From assembly GCA_047637555.1 (NCBI GenBank), contig JBLIKX010000001.1, forward strand, positions 8,294 through 72,293: DNA of 64,000 nucleotides. Reading direction: 5' to 3'. The notes beneath the pieces were generated by a model. The model was given only the letters and a program-made list of their open reading frames with translations. It made no database searches and was not told the DNA's origin. Source of the DNA: Crocinitomicaceae bacterium. Lineage in GTDB: Bacteria > Patescibacteriota > Minisyncoccia > Phycocordibacterales > UBA1006. The position numbers and the translations under genes are program-made. Below, piece by piece: positions 9,254 through 16,983 of this stretch. The first letter of the stretch is position 1. Each line of letters begins with the position of its first letter.

Positions 9254-10135
9254 ATGAAAACATTAAAAGAATATTTATACGATGCTCAAAAGAACAACAG
9301 AGCTATTGCCCATTTTAACGTTGCAAATTCAGATATGCTGATGTCTATCTTTGCTGCTGCACAAAAAGTATCTCAAGATACAGATGAGAAGATCCCTGTA
9401 GTAATTGGGGTTTCAGAAGGAGAGCGTGATTCATTTGGAGTGACGCAAATTGTTGACTATGTAACGAGCTTACGTAACGAACATGATTATCCAATTTTTT
9501 TAAATGCTGATCACACATATTCTGTAGAACGAACCTGTGAAGCTATTGACGCTGGTTTTGATATGGTTATTTATGATGGGGCGAAAATTTCTCATCAAGA
9601 AAACCTTGAAAATACGAAAGCAGTCGTTGCTTATCGTAATAAGGTAAATCCTGAATGTTTAGTAGAGGCTGAGTTTGGTTTTATTGGTGGGGGTTCAAAT
9701 ATTAAAGATGAAATTCCAGAAGGTGTTTCAGAAGCGACCATGACAAAACCAGAAGAAGCAAAAGATTTTGTTGATGCTTCGGGGGTAGAGGTACTAGCTC
9801 CTTCAGTAGGAAACTTACACGGAATGGTAAAATCTGGTAATCCTGCATTAAATGCTGAACGTGTATCTGCCATCTGGGAAGCAACAAAAACTCCTCTTGT
9901 ATTGCACGGAGGTTCAGGGTCAAGTGATGAAGATTTTATAAAAGTTATAAACGCAGGAATTTCACTGATCCACATTAGTACTGAACTACGAATTGCATAT
10001 CGAAAAGGTATAGAAGAAGCATTTGCTTCTGATGCAGAAGTTCTGGCTCCATATAAATATTTCAAACAAGCACAAACAAATGTTATGTTGATAGCTGAAG
10101 AACGAATACGTTTGTTTTGGGGTTTAATAGTATAG
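9254..10135 (+). CDS. fba: class II fructose/ketose-bisphosphate aldolase
   Basis: 293 aa; NADHTYS, GNLHG and LVLHGGSGS motifs of class II aldolases; TGaTATAAT 9 nt before ATG. Confidence 0.8.
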   Translation: MKTLKEYLYDAQKNNRAIAHFNVANSDMLMSIFAAAQKVSQDTDEKIPVVIGVSEGERDSFGVTQIVDYVTSLRNEHDYPIFLNADHTYSVERTCEAIDAGFDMVIYDGAKISHQENLENTKAVVAYRNKVNPECLVEAEFGFIGGGSNIKDEIPEGVSEATMTKPEEAKDFVDASGVEVLAPSVGNLHGMVKSGNPALNAERVSAIWEATKTPLVLHGGSGSSDEDFIKVINAGISLIHISTELRIAYRKGIEEAFASDAEVLAPYKYFKQAQTNVMLIAEERIRLFWGLIV

Positions 10136-10211
10136 TTTGACAAAATGTTATTACGTTACATAACTGTGGATAACTCGTTGACCATATGATTGCTTGCTTG
10201 TAAGGTATTGG

Positions 10212-10235
10212 AAGTTCTCATTTGAGAGCTTTTTT
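10212..10235 (+). terminator. intrinsic terminator (fba terminator or leader attenuator)
   Basis: GTTCTC-attt-GAGAGC stem (one G-U) followed by T6. Confidence 0.55.
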
Positions 10236-10270
10236 AGTTACGGAGTTTCGCGGAGCACATATCGCATTTT

Positions 10271-10891
10271 ATGACACAATATATATTACCTAAAAAAGTT
10301 ATTACTAATATATTCATCAAGAATGTATACAAAACACTTATTATTATCTATTCGTTCTACCTCACCTTTTCACCACAGGTTTTTGCCTTAAGCGCTGACG
10401 CACCTCTTGGTGGAGAGTCATTTTCACAAATCGTGTTTAATGATACTGCTGCCCTAGAACGACAATCACAAAAACTTCAAGATCAATTAGATACTGAGCG
10501 TATCGAAAAAATACGAAAGTATTATGCACGATACGACTTACCATTACAGTATGAAGCAGAACATTTTGTTACGGCTGCTAATGAGTATGGTATTGATTGG
10601 CGTCTTGTTGCTGCTATTGGATTTATTGAATCTACCGGTGGTAAATTTGCCTGTTCAACAGCGGATTACTCTGCTTTTGGTTGGGGGTCATGTAAAATTG
10701 ACTTTGAATCTTATGCAGATTCAATCGATGTGATCTCACTAAATCTGGGTGGACATAATCCAAATACCGATCAATGGTATGCTGGAAAAGATGTCAAAGG
10801 AATTCTGAATATGTATAATCCAAATCATATTCGAGCAAATTATGATGGAATGGTTATGAAACAAATGGAAATGATTTCATCAACAATCTAA
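10271..10891 (+). CDS. secreted/anchored protein with lytic-transglycosylase-like segment
   Basis: 206 aa; N-terminal hydrophobic anchor; AAIGFIESTGGKF resembles the catalytic E-S region of SLT/muramidase-like domains (weak). Confidence 0.4.
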   Translation: MTQYILPKKVITNIFIKNVYKTLIIIYSFYLTFSPQVFALSADAPLGGESFSQIVFNDTAALERQSQKLQDQLDTERIEKIRKYYARYDLPLQYEAEHFVTAANEYGIDWRLVAAIGFIESTGGKFACSTADYSAFGWGSCKIDFESYADSIDVISLNLGGHNPNTDQWYAGKDVKGILNMYNPNHIRANYDGMVMKQMEMISSTI

Positions 10892-10903
10892 ATATTTTGT
10901 AAA

Positions 10904-10936
10904 TAAAAAAACCAAGATAATTACCTTGGTTTTTTA
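10904..10936. terminator. bidirectional intrinsic terminator
   Basis: ACCAAG-ataattac-CTTGGT stem flanked by A7 and T5 between convergent genes. Confidence 0.65.
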
Positions 10937-10975
10937 TATATTATTTTAGGGTTAAGGGGACATAGAATCTACAGA

Positions 10976-11419
10976 TCATAAACAAGAATCTAATTTTTCC
11001 ATAGCTATTGCCAAAACATAATCAGAGGGTTCTGAACCAACGATATCTTCGTAAATCTCTGTACTTCCAGCACAGCGAACCAGAATATTAACATTCTGCA
11101 TTGCCGCATCATTGAATGATTTTTTTTGAGATAGATCATTTAGCATTTCTGGAAAATTTTCCGATATTATATCCTTAATCTTCCTTGGGACATTGGGATT
11201 AATTGTATCTTCTATAATACTAAATTCACGTTTAATAACATTTCCGTCTTTATAATCCTCATCCTTAAATTGGATATCAAAGTAGGTTTTGTGCTTTTTA
11301 TTAAACTCTAACTCTTTGTCTTTATAGTTTTGAATATCTTGATTTGAGAGGAAATAAGCATTATCTAAATCAAGTTCTTTTATAAAAGACTGCTTAAATG
11401 TTTTTGATATATTTTCCAT
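10976..11419 (-). CDS. hypothetical protein
   Basis: Start taken at MENISKTF (track start 11464 would abut truB); no motif; TGA stop. Confidence 0.4.
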   Translation of the reverse strand: MENISKTFKQSFIKELDLDNAYFLSNQDIQNYKDKELEFNKKHKTYFDIQFKDEDYKDGNVIKREFSIIEDTINPNVPRKIKDIISENFPEMLNDLSQKKSFNDAAMQNVNILVRCAGSTEIYEDIVGSEPSDYVLAIAMEKLDSCL

Positions 11420-11494
11420 TTTCTTAGTTTTTACTATTATAAATAATAATAAATATTTAGTCAAATGATATGCCTATGGTATTCTAGGCAAAGT

Positions 11495-12241
11495 ATGAAT
11501 AAACCAAAGGCAAAAAACTACTTTGAACCAGATATTCTTTTGGTGCATAAACCAGTTGGAATAAGTTCTTTTGATGTGATTCGTCGCTTACGTGTAATTT
11601 TAGGTATTCGAAAAATTGGACATGCGGGAACACTCGACCCATTGGCACATGGCTTGATGATTGTTGGTATTGGAACGGGTACCAAAAAATTAACTGATTA
11701 TTTAAAACAAGACAAGACATATATTGCAGAGATTCTTGTGGGTAAATCAACTACAACAGGAGATTTAGAAGGTGAAATCGTTAAGGAAGTTTATGTTGAA
11801 AAGACTGATATGAATTCGTCTAATATTGAGATGGAGTTAATACACATGAAAGGCTCTCACACGCTCCAGGTACCCCTATATTCAGCCATTAAGGTTCAAG
11901 GTAAGGCTTTGTATGCTTATGCTAGAGCAGGTCAAAAACCACCCTATATTCCAGAAAAAGAAATGAACATCAAGAGTATTCAATATATGGACGATTACCG
12001 TTCTGGTAAATATCATATTATCCAGGTGCGCTTAAATGTTAGCTCGGGCTCATATATTAGAACTCTTGGTGAAGAATTCGGTCGTAGAGTTGGTTACCCT
12101 GCAACATTAAAGGGTTTGTATCGTATATCTATTGGAGAACATTTAGATAAAAACGCTTATCATTTTCCTTCTAGGAAAAAGCCCTACCACGGAATTGTTC
12201 GTGCTATAATTGAATTGTTATTCGGTAAAAAATCAAAATAA
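11495..12241 (+). CDS. truB: tRNA pseudouridine(55) synthase
   Basis: HAGTLDPLAHGLMIVGIG catalytic-Asp motif; start moved to ATG 11495. Confidence 0.85.
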   Translation: MNKPKAKNYFEPDILLVHKPVGISSFDVIRRLRVILGIRKIGHAGTLDPLAHGLMIVGIGTGTKKLTDYLKQDKTYIAEILVGKSTTTGDLEGEIVKEVYVEKTDMNSSNIEMELIHMKGSHTLQVPLYSAIKVQGKALYAYARAGQKPPYIPEKEMNIKSIQYMDDYRSGKYHIIQVRLNVSSGSYIRTLGEEFGRRVGYPATLKGLYRISIGEHLDKNAYHFPSRKKPYHGIVRAIIELLFGKKSK

Positions 12242-12245
12242 AAGT

Positions 12246-12599
12246 ATGAATATTTATTTTCAAACAACAAACATTAAAGTTACTCAAGATGAGAAAAATT
12301 TTATGGCCAATCGTATGTATGTTTTGAATAAATTCTTTTCATGGGATACCAGTACTTATATTGAGATTGAACGTACACGAAAAAGTTATAATGGACATGA
12401 TCTTTATTACGTTTCAATTAAAATCGATGATCCTGAGTATCAATATTTTGCAGAGGAATATCGTGAAAATGTACGCAGTGCGTTTGATCATGCGTATGGA
12501 GATGCATTTAGACTGGTTCGTTCTCACCGAAGTAAATCACGAAATCTAGTAAGGCGAGCTGGGTTAAAAATTAAACGATTATTTAAACGACAAATATAG
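12246..12599 (+). CDS. hpf: ribosome hibernation/RaiA (S30AE) family protein
   Basis: Start at MNIYFQTTNIKVT; overall beta-alpha pattern and AFDHAYGDAFRLVRSHRSK tail resemble HPF/RaiA. Confidence 0.55.
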   Translation: MNIYFQTTNIKVTQDEKNFMANRMYVLNKFFSWDTSTYIEIERTRKSYNGHDLYYVSIKIDDPEYQYFAEEYRENVRSAFDHAYGDAFRLVRSHRSKSRNLVRRAGLKIKRLFKRQI

Positions 12600-12601
12600 A
12601 C

Positions 12602-13324
12602 ATGAAAAAAAATATTAAAATTATATTGGGTGTTATTATACTGACTACGATTGTTTTTATTGCATACAAGTTCACACCCGGGCAAATTGAAACTGATATC
12701 GACATGCTTGTTGACGTTCCTAGTCAATCAGCTACTCTAAATACATTAGCCGATAATACTGGCGCTCCGACATCAGAAACAAATGAAAGTAATTCTGATC
12801 AATCGAAAGAAGCATCAGAAGAAAACCAAGAAAATACTATGAAAGCAACATTTAACACAAGCAAGGGATCATTTGAAATTGAATTATTTAATGACTTAGC
12901 CCCAAAAACAGTAGAAAATTTTGTGAAACTGGCAGAATCAAATTTCTATGATGAGGTAAAGTTCCACCGAGTTATCAAGAATTTTATGATTCAAGCTGGA
13001 GACCCATTGTCAAAAGATGATGATATGTCAGATCGATGGGGAACAGGTGGTCCGGGGTATAGTTTTGAGGATGAAATTCACGGAGAGAACTTCAATATCC
13101 GAGGAACAATATCAATGGCAAATGCTGGTCCAGACACGAATGGATCACAGTTCTTTATTAATACAAACCCAGATGATAATAGTTTCCTTGACGGTAAACA
13201 TACCGTTTTTGGAAAAATAATTTCAGGAATGGACGTTGTAGATTCTATCGAGAATGTAGAAAAATTCCCCAATGACCGTCCTGTTGAGGCAGTGATTATT
13301 ACTTCAATAACTATCAACAAATAA
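12602..13324 (+). CDS. cyclophilin-type peptidyl-prolyl isomerase, membrane anchored
   Basis: FHRVIKNFMIQAGDP and GSQFFI motifs; N-terminal TM helix plus low-complexity linker. Confidence 0.85.
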   Translation: MKKNIKIILGVIILTTIVFIAYKFTPGQIETDIDMLVDVPSQSATLNTLADNTGAPTSETNESNSDQSKEASEENQENTMKATFNTSKGSFEIELFNDLAPKTVENFVKLAESNFYDEVKFHRVIKNFMIQAGDPLSKDDDMSDRWGTGGPGYSFEDEIHGENFNIRGTISMANAGPDTNGSQFFINTNPDDNSFLDGKHTVFGKIISGMDVVDSIENVEKFPNDRPVEAVIITSITINK

Positions 13325-13325
13325 T

Positions 13326-13472
13326 ATGGAAACAAAAGATTTTAGTGGAGGTGATTTCAAGGATTTAGAAAACGAGACTTCAAAAACAGCAGAAGATATT
13401 GCTAGAGAATTGCAAAATGAAATTGAAGCTCTTGGTACAAAAAACCCTAACGAAGATAATTCAGTAGAATAA
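13326..13472 (+). CDS. small acidic hypothetical protein (48 aa)
   Basis: ORF below track cut-off, 1 nt after PPIase stop, followed by a terminator. Confidence 0.3.
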   Translation: METKDFSGGDFKDLENETSKTAEDIARELQNEIEALGTKNPNEDNSVE

Positions 13473-13492
13473 AAAACGCGATAGCGTTTTTT
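13471..13492. terminator. bidirectional intrinsic terminator
   Basis: AACGC-gata-GCGTT stem with A6 and T6 flanks. Confidence 0.6.
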
Positions 13493-13499
13493 ATTATTT

Positions 13500-13967
13500 T
13501 TACCCTTTCTTTTTCACAAACTCTGTTTTAATTGCTAGGGTAGATTTACCTATTCGACAATCAATATATGCTGGATCTCCTGTTAATTTAATTTTTTCTA
13601 GTGCGGTACCTTGTTTAAGATTCAGAGAAGAACCTTTTACATCAAGGTCACGCGTAAGGAGAACAGTATCACCATCATCAAGGATTTTTCCATTACTACA
13701 TTTTGTAATACCTTCTTCTCCTGGAGGATTACTCATGAGGTTTTCTAATTCTTGTTTTGTTGGGTTGCTGTAGTTTTCATCGTAAATAACGAGTGTTGGC
13801 GTAATACGTTTTCCATTATTAATTTCCATTACTTTTTGGGTGTATTCTTGTCCATGATCCTTATCATCAATTGCATATAAAGTGTAGGAGAAATCTCTTT
13901 CTTTTAATTGTGCAATTACTCGGTTGGTATCCTTACACCACTCTGCTCCATAGATTTCAATATTCAT
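13500..13967 (-). CDS. mycoredoxin/NrdH-like domain fused to PhnA (YjdM) C-terminal domain
   Basis: N-terminal 80 aa paralogous to ORF 14028-14330 but with WCKDT instead of CxxC; C-terminal NGKILDDGDTVLLTRDLDVKGSS...IDCRIG...KTEFVKKK aligns closely with E. coli PhnA/YjdM C-terminal domain. Confidence 0.7.
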   Translation of the reverse strand: MNIEIYGAEWCKDTNRVIAQLKERDFSYTLYAIDDKDHGQEYTQKVMEINNGKRITPTLVIYDENYSNPTKQELENLMSNPPGEEGITKCSNGKILDDGDTVLLTRDLDVKGSSLNLKQGTALEKIKLTGDPAYIDCRIGKSTLAIKTEFVKKKG

Positions 13968-14027
13968 AATTTTAGTATATCCAATTGCCCATAAAAAAAC
14001 ACTCGATAATGAGTATTTTTTTATGTG

Positions 14028-14330
14028 CTATTGGCAATCTGTATTACAAACACCAGTAATATTGTTAATGGTTACTTCTTTGTTAAGGTTTAAAAGAGTA
14101 CTCAATTCTTTGACGCTAGGGTTGGTAAATTGTTCATCATCAATAATAAATGTTGGTATGCTACGTTTACCATTATTGAGATCTATAACAATCTGAGAAT
14201 ATTCTTTTCCCATTTTTTCATCTTCAATATCAAGATAGGTATACTCCGTGTTGTTTTCCGCTAATATTTTTTTAGATCGAACACAGTCTCCACACCAATC
14301 TGCACCATACATAATAATTTCTTTGTTCAT
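14028..14330 (-). CDS. glutaredoxin-like protein (mycoredoxin/NrdH type)
   Basis: 100 aa; WCGDC active site and NNGKRSIPTF...FTNPS pattern as in mycoredoxin-like proteins. Confidence 0.7.
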   Translation of the reverse strand: MNKEIIMYGADWCGDCVRSKKILAENNTEYTYLDIEDEKMGKEYSQIVIDLNNGKRSIPTFIIDDEQFTNPSVKELSTLLNLNKEVTINNITGVCNTDCQ

Positions 14331-14355
14331 ACTTTTATCATAGCAAAATATTTAA

Positions 14356-14913
14356 CTAGCGCGAAGATTTTTTCATGTACTTTTTGTTGTAGATGGGTTG
14401 CCTATCAAATAATTGAATATGATTATGGTGATAAAATCGTTCATATCCAACCATTGTAGATATCAAGAAAAATACACTTGATAGTATTCCTACTGGCGTG
14501 AATACTACAATGTTATGAATAACCCATAATATCATCGCAATAATCAAATAGATTCGCATGTTACGATCTCTATCGCTAAAGGCGGCAAGGGTTCCCATAA
14601 CTCCAGCAATCACAGGTAAGGCGCTAATAATACCAGCATGATTAAACCAACCGGCAATAATAATAATTACAATGAAAAATATTTTAACCCATTTTTTATG
14701 AGTAAATATACTTGTTAACCAACGACTTCCTGTAACAAAAGTTATAACACCTGCCTGAGGTATTCCAAGTAAGAGAAAATGAGTACCTCGAAACAACGAT
14801 GATATAAAAAACATAACTCGCATAACGACAGGATTTTTAATTTGTGCTGAGGTTACGGAAATTCCCAGAGCAATACCAGCAAAGATTTGTGACCAAATAA
14901 ATAGTGTTAACAT
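14356..14913 (-). CDS. polytopic membrane protein (YgjV-like?)
   Basis: 185 aa, about 5-6 hydrophobic helices; family assignment tentative. Confidence 0.45.
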   Translation of the reverse strand: MLTLFIWSQIFAGIALGISVTSAQIKNPVVMRVMFFISSLFRGTHFLLLGIPQAGVITFVTGSRWLTSIFTHKKWVKIFFIVIIIIAGWFNHAGIISALPVIAGVMGTLAAFSDRDRNMRIYLIIAMILWVIHNIVVFTPVGILSSVFFLISTMVGYERFYHHNHIQLFDRQPIYNKKYMKKSSR

Positions 14914-14914
14914 A

Positions 14915-15745
14915 TTATTTTCGGTTTAAGTAATCTTGATAATCCATTTCATTTTTTCCTTCTGGAATAATACGCTTAATGGTGAAGGAATTATTGGAAT
15001 ATTCAGCGTCAGTAATTTTCAAACGAACTTTGTTATCAAAAATAAAAGTACCAGGCCATCCATAATAGGCCCTATATTTTCGATCACGAGTGTGATTATT
15101 ATCATGGGTAATATCTCCATCTGCTTTTACAATTTTTCCACAGTATGTTGCTAGGGAATGGTCTTGTTCTATTGGTGTACAATTTCCTAAAATATATTCA
15201 GGTAAAATTTCCGCAAGAACTTTTCCTCCATCATGAGCTAGCATATGAAATAAATCAGGTTTTAAAAGATCTGACTCTAAAGGGAATTGTGACTGAGTAA
15301 TGATAGGACCTTCGTCCATTTTCAAAGTCATTTGCATGATCGTCGAACCAGTTTCATCATCACCATTAAGGATTGCTGACTCGATAGGTGAGGCACCACG
15401 ATATTTAGGGAGTAGTGATGTATGCACATTGAGCACTCCAAGCCTTGGGATGTTGAGTAGTTTTTGAGAAACAATATATCCATACGAGGCAACAATATAT
15501 AAATCATCATCCCTTTTTTCTAATTGTTCTATAATATATTTTGGTTTCTCTGGTTGCCAACATTCAATTCCGTGCTCGTCAGCCCATACCTTAACAGGTG
15601 GGGCTGTCATAATATGTTTCCGTCCAACAGATCGGTCGGGTGCTGTGATTATCAATGAAGGCATATAACCCACACTTTTTAATTCCTCGAGAACTATTAC
15701 TGAAAATTCAGGTGTTCCAAAATAAACAAATTGAGTATCTTTCAT
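14915..15745 (-). CDS. fmt: methionyl-tRNA formyltransferase
   Basis: 276 aa; HTSLLPKYRGASPIESAILNGD motif; TATACT 6 nt before ATG. Confidence 0.85.
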   Translation of the reverse strand: MKDTQFVYFGTPEFSVIVLEELKSVGYMPSLIITAPDRSVGRKHIMTAPPVKVWADEHGIECWQPEKPKYIIEQLEKRDDDLYIVASYGYIVSQKLLNIPRLGVLNVHTSLLPKYRGASPIESAILNGDDETGSTIMQMTLKMDEGPIITQSQFPLESDLLKPDLFHMLAHDGGKVLAEILPEYILGNCTPIEQDHSLATYCGKIVKADGDITHDNNHTRDRKYRAYYGWPGTFIFDNKVRLKITDAEYSNNSFTIKRIIPEGKNEMDYQDYLNRK

Positions 15746-15804
15746 GTGTACAGTATAGGTAAAAAAATAATTTCGTCATCTTACAAAAAACTGATATAAA
15801 AAAT

Positions 15805-16185
15805 AAAGGATTTACCTTAATTAAACTACTCATTATTATTGTAATTATAGGTGTATTGGCAACTATCATAATTGGTTCGTCTGGTGATGTTTGTAATGAA
15901 GCTCTTGATTCAAAGGCAAAGACAAGACCCTCACAGACCCAAATTCAGGCTGAGCTATAATCATTTGATACAGGTTCCTATACAGAGCTTTATGATACAG
16001 ATACTCTTAGCTTTATGGTATTTCAAACTTTAGATAATGTTTGGGGCACACAAGATATTTCAAATACTAATGTCAGTGCAGGCGAGGACAATTTATAGTT
16101 CTCTGTATCACGAAGCCCTTCTAGTAAATAATACTACAGCAACACAGGAGTCAGCATTGCTTGCTGGACATGCTCATCCTGTTAA
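15805..16185 (+). pseudogene. decayed type IV pilin/pseudopilin gene
   Basis: Reads KGFTLIKLLIIIVIIGVLATIIIGS...KAKTRPSQTQIQAEL*SFDTGSY: a pilin N-terminal helix and ARD..IQ.ALELY..DNGSY-like box. No in-frame start codon upstream, Glu5 replaced by Lys, and in-frame stops at 15958, 16096 and 16129. Confidence 0.7.
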
Positions 16186-16208
16186 CAACGATGATAAAAA
16201 TTGTAATT

Positions 16209-16230
16209 AAAAACACCTCTAGGTGTTTTT
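16209..16230. terminator. bidirectional intrinsic terminator
   Basis: AAACACC-tcta-GGTGTTT hairpin with A/T flanks next to the def stop. Confidence 0.6.
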
Positions 16231-16747
16231 AATTTTCATTCAAGACATCATCAATCTCATCTTGGGTCATATCTCGTAATTTACGTGCCTTGTCTACAAA
16301 TAATATTCCATGTAAATGATCTGTTTCATGTTGAAAAATATGAGCTAATAGTTCGTCTGCCGATTCGGTAAATTTATTTCCATATTCATCATAGGCCTCA
16401 ATAGTAGCTTCTTTAGACCGTTCTACATCACCAACTTTCCAACGACAGGATAGACATCCTTCGCGCATCCACTTTTTTTTCTCAGATGTTTCAATGATTA
16501 CAGGGTTAATATATACCAAATGTTCTCCTTGTGGCTCTTCAAATATAAAAGGGGCAACGGTGAAAATTTGATATGATTCACCAATTTGTGGAGCCGCAAT
16601 AGCCACGCCGTCACTCTGAGTGGTGAGTGATTCATGTAAATCTGAAATAATAGATTGAATTTTTTCTGAGGTAATTTTTGTTGGATCGACATACTCAGCT
16701 TTTTGCCGAAGGACCTTTTTCCCCATCTGAATAATATCTCGTTTCAT
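16229..16747 (-). CDS. def: peptide deformylase
   Basis: GVAIAAPQIG, EGCLS and HETDHLHG motifs; start moved to MKRD (16747) because the track N-terminus MLFSSFNFTLRD is read from the tandem repeat. Confidence 0.85.
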   Translation of the reverse strand: MKRDIIQMGKKVLRQKAEYVDPTKITSEKIQSIISDLHESLTTQSDGVAIAAPQIGESYQIFTVAPFIFEEPQGEHLVYINPVIIETSEKKKWMREGCLSCRWKVGDVERSKEATIEAYDEYGNKFTESADELLAHIFQHETDHLHGILFVDKARKLRDMTQDEIDDVLNEN

Positions 16748-16765
16748 ATCTCTTAGAGTAAAATT

Positions 16766-16947
16766 AAATGAAGAAAAGAGCAATAGCGACTATTATGAAT
16801 TTATGCTGTGCGAAATGAAGAAAAGAGCAATAGCGACTATTATGAATTTATGCTGTGCGAAATGAAGAAAAGAGCAATAGCGACTATTATGAATTTATGC
16901 TGTGCGAAATGAAGAAAAGAGCAATAGCGACTATTATGAATTTATGC
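16766..16947. repeat. perfect 47-bp tandem repeat, 3.9 copies
   Basis: Units 16766-16812, 16813-16859, 16860-16906 identical; 41-nt partial unit 16907-16947; unit aaatgaagaaaagagcaatagcgactattatgaatttatgctgtgcg. Confidence 0.95.
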
Positions 16948-16971
16948 AAAATAAAAAACACTTTAAGCTAG
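16768..16971 (+). CDS. four tandem ATGA-coupled micro-ORFs (3x MKKRAIATIMNLCCAK, 1x MKKRAIATIMNLCKIKNTLS)
   Basis: ORFs 16768-16818, 16815-16865, 16862-16912, 16909-16971. Each TGA overlaps the next ATG. TAGAGT box 8 nt before the first ATG. Expression unproven. Confidence 0.3.
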
Positions 16972-16983
16972 GTTTAAAGTGTT
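16957..16983. terminator. bidirectional intrinsic terminator
   Basis: AACACTTTAA-gctagg-TTTAAAGTGTT stem with A/T runs; contains hisS stop and the last micro-ORF stop. Confidence 0.7.

Noticed and set aside
9631-10143. 170-aa antisense ORF opposite fba (similar cases: 54496-54876 opposite the DnaQ-like gene, 63296-63811 opposite the last ORF, 25746-26102 opposite rpoB)
   Set aside because: These are shadow ORFs on the strand opposite well-supported genes. Their translations are Ser/Pro/Phe-rich and low in complexity, and they lack promoters and motifs.
16766-16947. Tandem repeat array considered as a CRISPR array
   Set aside because: The units are directly abutting and identical with no unique spacers. 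The 47-bp period has no repeat/spacer substructure, and no cas genes are in the window.
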